The position numbers were made by a program, and so were the translations under genes. Positions 36,433-47,152 of a stretch of DNA of 63,104 nt are shown here, piece by piece. Each line of letters begins with the position of its first letter. Within the stretch, counting starts at the first letter, position 1. The stretch is from Chara braunii (Eukaryota; Plantae; Charophyceae). The stretch spans positions 328,017-391,120 of the forward strand of contig BFEA01000017.1 of NCBI GenBank assembly GCA_003427395.1, given 5' to 3'. The notes below the pieces were generated by a model. That model had not been told where the DNA came from. It ran no database searches and saw only the letters and a program-made list of their open reading frames with translations.

Positions 36433-37004
36433 CTGCAATCACATCAAAGATTCATCCAGAAGTCCACGCGCTACACGGGGTCAACTTCAACCATTCCTCG
36501 CACTCATACCCCTCGCTTTAGCCATACAAGCCTCACTTGTGCAACTCTTAAATAAATACTCTGTACTTTTGTTGGATGACCATTCAATAAAGTCCGGGTA
36601 AAAATACAACAAAACAATTCAAATCTCAAGGCTAAAGCCTTTAGGTTGAGTGACAGGAGTGAATTGAAGTTGAATCGTAAACCGACGAATCGGCAACCGA
36701 TCTGTTATCAAGGATAACAGAAGATGACCTTTGTAGGATCAAGCTGAAACTAGTCCAAATCCTGAATCAAACGACCAAGAGGACCTGTAACACAAGACAG
36801 GGCAATCCCCAAGCTGAACTCATAAGTGTATGGAGAATACAACTCCATAACACATTCTCACCCAAGATCCTTTAAATTGACTAAACCCTGAACCTACCTT
36901 TAAGCAGTGCCCAAGGCAAAGGTAGACCCTGGCATAATCCCCCCTATACAGAGTGGACCGCCAAAATCGTCACCTGTCAAAACATAATCTATCTCCTTTA
37001 AACT

Positions 37005-37330
37005 AAGAAAATTTCGGCAGCGCTTCCCGTAGGAAAAGTGTCTTTTCAAAATTTATATCAACCCAAATATTAAACCAAAACTAGCATTTGACTTTCCAAA
37101 ATTCAATTTTTGTCCAACTCCCTGAATTAGCAAAAATTTGGGCAGCACTCCCTTTAGAAAAGGAGACTTTCCATATTTTTACTAAGTCATATATAAACTT
37201 TAGACAAGTTGAATTTTGACAAGTCAAAATTTGACTAACTCCTCGGATTTGCAGAAATTTTGGCAACGCTTCCCGTAGAGAAAGTAGCTTACCAAAATTT
37301 ATACAAAGCCAAGTATAACAAAAAATCCCA
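37005..37330. repeat. Three diverged ~123-bp tandem units
   Basis: aaattt.ggcagcgcttcccgtag.aaaag recurs at ~37010, ~37135 and ~37256. Confidence 0.8.
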
Positions 37331-37589
37331 GAAAATGCGAGAGTTGATCTAAGTAAAAAAAACTTAGCTCAGAAAATGCAGGAATCGAAACTAACTCCTA
37401 TCGCTCTAGCACGTGGTGAGCCTCTAAAGTAACTACCTGTCAAACTGAAACTCAGACCAAGTAGTAGCCTCACTCGGTCACAAGCAGGCCAAACCACAAA
37501 GGTAAGTACTCTCACCAACCCCATGTTGACTTAGCAAACATTAGTTCATAGTTTTTCAATTATTTAACCCTTTACTCCCGGCTTACATA

Positions 37590-38235
37590 GGGCATTGGGA
37601 TTGGTCATTTATCTTAGAAACAATATCAACCCTCTGCCTTAATTATACACGAACAGGCTGCACAACTACTTTTCTCTTCATTGGGGCACATGACTAAGCC
37701 ATTCATCTTAGAAACCATGCTTAGTCGCCCTGGACTATTTAAGTAACCAATTTATATATACTTCTTTGAACTTAATCTTCAAGAATTAGTGTAAGACTGA
37801 GTCATTCATCTTAGAAACAATACTCAGTCGGCCCAAGTTACCTTCACTTATAACTCTTGATTATACCCTCTTCGCTTGTGATAAGGCTATAATCAGACCA
37901 TTCATCTTAGAAACAATGCCTGACTAGCCTTGTTCGTATATAAGTACATATATATACAACATTATAGAGAATCATATTCCTTCGTTCTCATTATGGTCCC
38001 GAGGCCTCAGACTGAAACCATTCATCTTAGAAACAATGTTTAGTCCTCTGGCCCTGAATCCTCCCTCAGAATAAAACAATCAAGGAGAGATGAGCCATTC
38101 ATCTTAGAAACAATGCTCAGCTCCCCCTTTTTCAGTACACAAAAAAACAGAGTACCCTGGGTCTGACCCAGAGACTGTTCAGAAACCACCCAAGTAAACA
38201 GCGACCAGACCATTCATCTTAGAAACCATGAATGA
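37590..38235. ncRNA. Array of 7 hairpin units with a conserved 19-nt core CATTCATCTTAGAAACAAT and unit-specific stems (putative structured RNA or ssDNA array)
   Basis: Cores start at 37606, 37700, 37803, 37899, 38019, 38096 and 38211. Flanks differ between units but are self-complementary within a unit. The repeat itself is certain; function as an RNA is inferred. Confidence 0.7.
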
Positions 38236-41200
38236 CCCTATAAGACCCATTCAAGTGCAAGCAAAACTGCCTTCCTCCCAGCCTTCCCCCAGATGCATCC
38301 CTTTGTGACAATCTGCTTTCAGACAATCAATAACTGAAACTGCCATTATACAAACATTCCTTTAGTCAGTCTGATTTGTGTCCTGAAAGTCAACTCAAAG
38401 TCAAAGTAAGGGCGACATACAATGCAGTCAGCCAATACATAGGGAGAGGTATAGATAGGGGTTAGACTGGGTTTATAAAGGAAGCAATGTTTACCTCTGA
38501 GTTCCCTGCCTCCAGAACTCCTCCTTAGTTCCGGCAGGGCTCCCACAATCGGTGGGTTGACTCCCCACAGAGCCTTGATGCGGACCTACGGGTTGCAATC
38601 CCGCCTGCCGCCTTCCTCTCAGAACCAATAGACTAGATTTAGAGTAAGAAGGGCAGAAAGAGAGTCATTAAGTCTCTCGAATACAAGGATGGTGCTCTCA
38701 GACTCGCGTGAAAGGGCCTTGTTGCCTTGATGCACCTGAGGGCCCCGCAATGGCAGCCGAGGTGCGCTGCAGCCTGGTCAAACCGATGTCAACTATCAAT
38801 TGTTGACCTCTTGGCAACTCGCCAGTTCCCAGCAACAACCGCACTTGCCGGCCAAATCATGTCCTCAAGTTACACTCCCTCCTGCCTGGCTAAGACCCCA
38901 CACCTCAGCCTAGAGCGACCGCTTCCGGAATAAAGCGCGCCTCCTCCTCGTGCTCTTTGTTCAAACTCAGCACTACAGGGCGAGCAGCATGCACATCAGT
39001 CGCGATGGACAGCCAGCTCCACAGCCATGCTTAACGAGCCCGGGCACTATATCGGCCAATACATAAACTCCTGGGCCTACCGACCGCTTGCCTCGTCCCA
39101 CACAGTTTCCGTCCCTGCAGAGTTCATCCAAGGCGCCGACGCTACCTGCCAATCAAAAGTGTCGCCTCGGTCAAGTTCTCCAAGGCCGGTTACTAACTGT
39201 CAACCATCGAGTATGACATATAGTCACACCCGGACGGAAGCAACGAGCACACCTTCGGCGTCGTGCACCATCGCCCACTAAGTCAAAGGGGGAGCTTCTA
39301 ATCTACCCCTCTCCTACGTGGCCATTCAATCAGGCCGAAGGTCTCATCGCTAGCGAGCCCAATCAAGCAAATCACTCTGCCGACCGAGAGTGGTCACGCG
39401 CGCAGAGAGGTAGAGACAAGTTGCCCCTTTCCGACAGAATGAGCCCTGCACTGGTTAACGGCCAGCCCCTAGGCCCGGGAAAAGATCTCCCCTCTGCGAA
39501 CCGGGCATACAACACGGGAGTGAATCTTCGGTATATGGCGGATGGCTTCACTTCTTCCCAATAGCAACCGTAGCCCCTCTCTACGGACGCGGTTTCCTGA
39601 CAGACAGGCAAGTTCGATCTCTTCCTCCTCTCTCTCTCTCTCTGTATGTGCTCGTGTGTGCTCTCTCCTTCTCTCGCTCACGGACACACTTGGCCGCCCA
39701 TCACGTTGAGCCCGTCCAGAGTCTGAGAACGAACTTCTCGAGGAGGAGAAAGCTGTGGAGGAAAGATCGTAGCCGGGGCGATTAGTGATTAACGGGGAGG
39801 AGTGCGGTATCTCGCTGAGCCTTACGTAAACGATGGTAGAAACAACGATCTACCCGGCAATACTTTGCAAAGTGAGGACGACCCTTTCGCTAAAATACGA
39901 CTAGGTGCATTCGCACCCCGTTGATCCCTCTCTCTCGGGCGCAGCTCGATTCTTCCTACCTCAAAAACTACAACTTCTCCCCCGAATCCGGCTTCACTAC
40001 CCAACTCCCAGCTTCCTAAAACCTCAGTACAAACCTTCTCCCCACCTAATTTCATCCAAGATCAACTGAAATCTCCATTTCCTATCTCTGCCACCTCCTA
40101 CCTCCGCGCACTGCCTTTTCTCAATAACTCCTATCTCACTGATATAACACCAAAACTGACCTCAGATTCGAGGTCGCCCATCCCCAAAACCCCAAACTCG
40201 CAACTTTCCCTGTCTAAATCCGTCCGCTAACGAGTACCAAACACTCGTTTCCCCACTGCGCCTCGCCTGCCTCCTCACCATCTCTACCTTCGAATGCACC
40301 TGGCCCAAGCGCCTGTCCCGGTTCGCCCCCTTCAATCACTTCTTTCATACGCAACCCCTGCCACCAACCCGGCCTGCCCAGTACTCGAATGTGACATCCA
40401 ATGCTCCCATCAGACTCGCCACATCCTCAAACCCCAGATTTGAACCTTCGTTTGCCCGCTGTCGTAAGGGATTGAGCGTATTAGAAGTCTCGTTGTCTGC
40501 CATAGCCGCTTCCCGCCTTTCCCCTGCGCAGTCGTTTTCTAATCTAACTCTTATTTTACTAACTTACTACAGAAACTAACGTAACTATCTAACTCGCCTG
40601 GGGCCAAAACCCCGGGATTGCCTTTCTCCCCTCTCGATTCTATCAAGAATCGAGTGATAGCACGACTTTTCCTTTCACCTCAGTCCCCCTCCCGCCATAG
40701 CCTCACGCACTAACGTTCTCTTCTACCCCCTAACCCACTAACCTTCTATTAATTCCGACCTCATAACCGTACTTGCCTTCTCCTAAAACCCCCTGCTAGC
40801 ATCTACCCTCGCTCGATTCCACTAAGAAATAGGCCATTATTACTAATTTTTGCCCCACTATGGCCAACATCCGCCACCTCCCTTGCTGCACGTAACTGGC
40901 GCGGAACCGCGCCAGGTTCATTCCTTCGTCTTCACTTTTCCCCTCTCCTCTGTCGTTCTCGTCTGCGCCTCACAGGCCCACTGCCGGTCGCCTGCTACCT
41001 GCTGTCCGCACTTCGTTGTCTTCCCTCTCCCTCAGCTCCCGATGACACCCCGCTCCCACAACACTTTCAACCCCACTGCTCCTCGCTCCTGCCTATCTCC
41101 TCCGTTTGCTGGTACCCCGCTGCTGCCTACTTCGCTTTCTTCCTCTTCTCACCCCCTCAGCGCTAGATGCCTGCTGCGCTGCTGCACCGTACACTACAGC

Positions 41201-42549
41201 CGCTGGCCCCTCCGTGCGTGCTCCTGGAGCGGTTCCCCGCCCAGGTCCAGCTACCCGATTTTGCCACCCCGTCGGCCTCCTTTCACCCCGACAACGTCGG
41301 CTATCCTTCGGGAACCTCCGGAGGGAACTTGCTACTAGGCGGTTCGATTAGTCTCCGCCCTGTACCCAAGCCTGCCGACTAATGTACCCACTGCCCCACT
41401 GCCTTGGTGGCCCGACCCTATTGCCCGCCAGTCCAGAAGGCGGATGGCGCCCGAGCGGGCGAATCATGTTCAGCCGCCCTGTTAGCCTGCCCCAAAACGG
41501 CCGCCGCGTGCCACCTACACTTCAACCGTGGCGGCATTGTGACTCGTAGGAAAGCCATGGGCCTGCTGCGTGCCTGGCAGCGTAAATAGGTGAAGCGGGC
41601 CACGGTGCAAATCTTAGTAGTAGTAGCAAAGATTTTAACGAGGACCTTGAGGACCAAAGTGGAACATGCTCCCGCGGGTGGGCTGCTGCCGCGGCCCTCC
41701 CTCGGTGCCCCGGCAAAAGTCCTACCACTTGATTCCCTTCCGGCCCATGTGACAGCAAAAGGCAAGGGGGATAGTCTTATAAGACCATCAACCCCTCAAG
41801 CCCTTTTTGTCACGCTCTGCTCCTCCACTACATGTTGTTGGCCTCAATCCCTGCACCTGCTGCATACCAGTCCGATGCCATAACTTATAGGGCTACGCCC
41901 AAGCCTAGTATCAGCAGGCTCGGCTCTCCTAATAAAGAGATAGCACCCGGCCTTTGGGGCCAAGGAACTGCCGCATGCCACTTCCCGGCCCGTACTTCGC
42001 ACAAAAGGCCACCGAAAAATCCGCGCCGGCCTACCCAAACCGTGTCGTAGCCGCCCCCGCGCACCATCCTATGCCGCCCCATTTACCGCACGAGGTCGCG
42101 CTGTCACTGTCGATGCCGTCGTCCTCGCATGCGCGCTCGCCTCGGTCAAACGTACCAATCAAAGGAAAATATCCTTAATTCCTACTTAATCAAGAATAAA
42201 TAAAAACAAAGTTAACCCGACTGGCATCCGCGCCGGCTTTATAATCAACGACAAGGAAAGAAATCCCGCGCGCCTTAAACCCTGTGCGCCCACGCACTCT
42301 CTACTTCTAGACCTCATGACCAACCTATAGTCACCACATTGCCGCAAGTCGCGCGGCCTTCTCAACAATTCCAGGTCAAACTTGTTTCCTGTCACTTGCA
42401 AAAACCAGGGCGGATACCCTTGTAAGGGTATTCGCGCTGACATCGTGTCTGTGGACGACAACGGAAAAGAGGCAAACCACCAGAGAGCGTCAAGTAACAG
42501 TTAAACCATAACGCAGGCGGCAACGAAGCATCAAAAACTCAGGCGGCAA

Positions 42550-43125
42550 ACATTTCGTTCAACACGTCTGTCACATCACGCCATTGGAAGACCTCGAAGT
42601 TCGGATCCCGGCGAACTTCGAACGCGAAGACCTTTAATAACCTCCAACCTGCAACACGAACAATCTTTATAAGGGGACACACGTCATGCAGCCGGACGAC
42701 AACCACATTGGAATTTTCGAAGCACGGATGCCGGAGGGATTTGAACATGGGCATTTCCCGCAGGAATCAGCAGGCGGTAATGTTCGAAGTTTGCGCTGGA
42801 TGGGGACTGTCCCCCGCTTAACACTCGAAAATCGGACAGGCCAGCACGCTAAGTTCGCCGGGATCCGGAGTAGAAGAGGGTGCGAGAGAGAGAGAAAGAG
42901 GCAGCCCATGCAGCCTGCGTTCCAGAACCGTGCACGAGCAAACACACTCCGCAACTGCATATGAGCAAAACGAGAAGTCGGAGTCGGACTCTCCCTGTTG
43001 CCGGGTGGTTCGTGCGAACCATCGGCACCACGAAGACCAAAGACAAGCCGACGCACATCCCGAAACGTGAAGTTCGCCGTGATCCAAACTTCAGGACAAT
43101 GCGACAGGCAGAGACGGCGTCAGAG
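42550..43125. repeat. Imperfect inverted-repeat (MITE-like) segment with palindromic GAAGTTCG...CGAACTTC motifs
   Basis: cgaagttcggatcccggcgaacttcg at ~42595 is the near reverse complement of tgaagttcgccgtgatccaaacttc at ~43068; partial copy at 42851. Confidence 0.55.
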
Positions 43126-43417
43126 ACACACGATGCGTAAGTCTGTGGTTGTAAAACTCAGCCTGGAACCGGGAAGGAGACACAGACATGAAAATCTGGT
43201 TAAACTCAACAAGGAACCGCAGCCAAGTGTTCAATCAAAAAAATTCTCACACCCTAGCCAATTACCATCAACAACAAACTTCCATAACCACACTACCCTA
43301 AAGTATCACTAAAGCACGAACATACCCTAATTTAAAGGTAGTGATTCTAGTGAAGTATTAGAACAAGTCTCAAGTATTAGAACAAGTTTCACATATCCAC
43401 CAGTTCTACAATCTTAA

Positions 43418-43511
43418 CTAGCTAAGCGCCCGCAGTGTGGGCGGTGCGGGCCATGCCCGCAAAGATAAGAAATGTTGTAGGCAAACTGACACGGACCACT
43501 CGCATAAACCG

Positions 43512-43549
<38 letters not shown>

Positions 43550-43655
43550 ATCACAGGCTAATACAAAATATCATAAAACTGGCTACCAAGTTTGAGTTTC
43601 TATTGACAAATAGCTTCGCGCTCGTGGTGTAGGCGGTGCGGGCTACGCCCACAAC
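43418..43655 (-). mobile_element. Two tandem Helitron-like 3' termini
   Basis: Minus strand reads GCGGGC-ATG-GCCCGC, CGCCC-ACACTGC-GGGCG, CTTAG, CTAG|T, ending at 43418. A second, degenerate copy at 43611-43653 ends in CTAT. Confidence 0.55.
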
Positions 43656-43689
43656 CAAAACCACCAAAACGGTAAAGAAAGTATCATAG

Positions 43690-46086
43690 GGTAGAGTGTC
43701 GTAGAGTATCGTAGAGTCTCACAAAGTAGAGTAAGGTAGAGTGGAGTAAAGTAGAGTGTTGTGGAATACAGTGTTGTACAGTAGTGTTGCAGAGAGTGTT
43801 GTCGAGTAGAGTAGAGTAGAGTAGAGTAGAGTAAAGTAGAGTAGAGTAGAGTAGAGTAAAGTAGAGTAGAATGAAGAAGAATAGAGTACAGTAGAGTAGA
43901 GTAAAGTGTCTGCGAGTAGAGTGTCATAGAGTAGAGTACATTGACGTAAAGTACAAAAGACTAGATTGTCGTAGAGTAGAGTAGAGTGTCGTAAAGTAAA
44001 GTACAGTAGAGTAGAGTATCATAGAGTAAAGTGTCATAGAGTAAAGTGTCATGAAGTATCGTAGAGTAGAGTAAAGTAGGGTACAATAGAGTAAAGAACA
44101 ATGTCATGGAGCAGAGTAGAGTGCCCTTGAGTGTCGTAAAGCAGAATAGAGTGTCGCAGAGTAGAGTGGAGTGTCATAAATTGTCGTAGAGTATAATATC
44201 GTAGAGTAGAGTATTGTCTCGTATAGTAGAGTAGAGTAGAGTGTCGTAGCGTGTCCTAGAGTAGAGTAAAGTTTCGTAGAGTAGAGTATAGTGTCGTAGA
44301 GTAGAGTAGAGTAAAGTAAAGTATCGTAAAGTGTCGTAGAGTGTTGTAGATAAGACAAGAGTGTCATAGAGTAGAGTAGAGTAAAGTAAAGTAGAGTAGA
44401 GTAGAGTAAAGTAAAGTAGAGTAGAGTAGAGTACAGTGTCGTTGAGTAGAGTACAATAGGGTGTTGTAAAATAGAGTGTTTTAGAGTGTCGTAGAGTAGA
44501 ATAGAGTGTCGTAGAGTATCGTAGAGTGTCGTAGAGTAGAGTAGAGTAGAGTAGAGTAGAGTAGAGTAGAGTGGAGTAGAGTAGAGTAGAGTAGAGTAGA
44601 GTAGAGTGGGTAGAGTAGAGTAGAGTAAAGTATCGTAAAGTAGAATAGAGTGTCGTACAGTACAGTGGAGTAGAGTGTCGTAAAGTGTCGTAGAGTAAAG
44701 TATAGTAGCGTAGAGTGTCGTAGAGTAGAGTAGAGTAGATTAGATTAGAGTAGAGTAGAGTAGAGTAGAGTAGAGTAGAGTAGAGTAGAGTAGAGTAGAG
44801 TAGAGTAGAGTAGAGTAGAGTAGAGTAGAGTAGGATAGAGAAGAGTAGAGTATCATAGAGTAGAGTAGAGTGTTATAGAGTAGAGTAGAGTGTCATAGAG
44901 TAGAGTAGAGTGTCAAAGAGTATCGTAGAGTGTCATAGAGTGTCGTAGAGTAGAGTACAGTAGAGTACAGCAGAGTGTCGTAGAGGAGAGTACAGCGCCA
45001 TACAGTAGAGTATCGTAGAGTAGATTGTGATAGATTAAATTGTTGTAGAGTAAAGTGGAGTAGAGCAAAGAAGAATATAGTAGAGTATAGTAGAGTAGAG
45101 TAGAGTAGAGTAGAGTAGAGTGTTGTCAAGTAAATTAGAATAGAGTGTCGTAGAGGAGAGTAAAGTATCATAGGGTGAAGTAGATTGTCGTATAGTAGAG
45201 TAGAGTAAAGTAGAGTAGAGTAGAGTAGAGTAGAGTAGAGTAGAGTAGAGTAGAGTAGAGTAGAGTAGAGTAGAGTAGAGTAGAGTAGAGTAGAGTAGAG
45301 TACTGTAGAGTGGAGCAGAGTAGAGTAGAGTAGAGTAGAGTAGAGTAGAGTAGAGTAGAGTAGAGTAGAGTAGAGTAGAGTAGAGTAGAGTAGAATAGAG
45401 TAGAGTAGTGTAGAGTAGTGTAGAGTAGAGTAGTGTAGAGTAGAGTGCAGTGTCACGAAGTAGAGTAAGGTACAATACAGTGTCATAGAGTAGAGTAGAA
45501 TAGAGTGTCGTAGAGTGTCATACATTACAGTAGAGTGTCACAAAGTTCAGTAGAGTGGCGTAGAGTAGAGTCGCAAAGAGTGTCGTAAAGTAGAGTATGG
45601 TAGATTGTGGTAGATTGTGGTAGAGTAGAGTAGAGTAGAGTGTCGTAGAGTGTAGTGTCGTAGAGTGTAGTGTCATAGAGCGTTGTAGAGTAGAGTAGAG
45701 TGTCGTAGAGTGTCGAAGAGTAAAGTAGAGTCGAGTGTCGTAGAGTACAGTAGAGTGTCCGAGAGTATCATAGAGTAGAGTAGAGTGTCGCCGAGTAGAG
45801 TACATAGAGTGTCGCAGAAGAGAGCAGATTGTCGTTGAGAAGAGTAGAGCATCGTAGAGTAGATTGTCGTAGCGTAGAGTAGAGTAGAGTAGAGTAGAAA
45901 CTGTAGAGTAGAGCAGAATAGAGTAGAGGGTCACAAAATAGAGTAAAGTAGAGTAGAGTGTCGTACAATAGAATAGAGTAGAGTGTCATAGAGAAGAGTT
46001 GAGTGTCGCAGAGTAGATTAGAGTGTCGTAGAGTGTTGTAGAGTAGAGTGCCGTAGAGTAAAGTAGACAGTTGTAAAGTAGAGTGA
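43690..46086 (-). repeat. (AGTAG)n satellite, the reverse complement of the 33788-36432 array
   Basis: Directly visible. Confidence 0.97.
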
Positions 46087-47152
46087 TGTGGCTGCCTGCG
46101 ATTACGTACATATATGGTTGAGAGGGGCCCCACTGTGACTGTGAGAATTGATCGTCCTATATAAATAAGCCTTATGTATATATTTATATGTGCCTTGGGC
46201 ATGCGTGCAGCTTGTTGTGATCGTGCGCAAGGGTTGGCCAGATTATGGCTTGAGAGAAAAAAAAAGATCCCATTTTTTCCTTTGTTTTTTAAAGATTTTT
46301 ATGGTCGGACGTTGGTCCTGGGCTGGGATTCAAGGTCCTTGTCCAGGACATCCCAAACCCTAGATTCTGCAGGGAAGGAATCTTCCCCCGTGCAGAGCCT
46401 ATTTGCCTTGCTTGCCGAGACGCTCAGACCAAAGGCCGGAGGTCTCGCGGCGGCTGCACGACTATTCCTTTAGCCGTGCAATGTCGTGAAGGATTAGACC
46501 CTCACGACACTTTGAGTCTGACACTTGAGTGTCGTAAGCGGTACTCGGATCCACGAGGGACCGCTTGATTATGGATACTACATAGTACGCCATCATTGCG
46601 ACTGCTTGCGCACGTTTGCATCGCGAGTCGATATGAGATAGCCCTGCGTCCGCGCAGTTTTATACTAAGCCTCGCACGCGACGCTTATCCGGTTTTCGTG
46701 GCGGGAAGTTATGGGATGGCTACCAAGGGGCTAGGAGCGTTGTCGTGTTGTTCGTGTTGTGTCGTTTTGTATGGGTGCGTGTGTGTGTTTTATTTTTGTG
46801 TTTGTTAGAGTGGTGTGCGCGTGGTGTGCGGGATGCGTCCTAGTCGACCGACGACGGGCCGCGTTTGGGACTTCAGCCCCCCAAGATGTCGGTTTGCGTG
46901 CGGGTCCGATAGGCGTATTACCGCGCATACCCCCTATGCTACAACGAACGAGAAACGCCCTCAGCTGGTCCACCTCTGCAATTGCAACCGAGTAGCTTTC
47001 GTACTGTGGACTGGTAGCTCGGTGGGGATACGCCCACCGAAGGGAGGTGACAGCTCCCGTAAGGTGGAGGTAAGTTGTGCCTCGCGTAGGCCATATCTTG
47101 TCGTAGGGGCTCGCGAGAGGGGGGGGATCTGGGTTCCGGTGAAGCTACACAA

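Noticed and set aside
37590-38235. Bona fide CRISPR array
   Set aside because: No cas genes; eukaryotic TE context; spacers of 58-101 nt are too variable; the pairing comes from variable flanks rather than from the repeat itself. Kept as a novel hairpin array instead.
38536-38605. tRNA gene
   Set aside because: Only T-arm- and acceptor-like stems; no D or anticodon arm.
33695-46202. Long Tyr/Ser/Thr/Leu-rich ORFs
   Set aside because: Translations of the (CTACT)n satellite and N-gaps.
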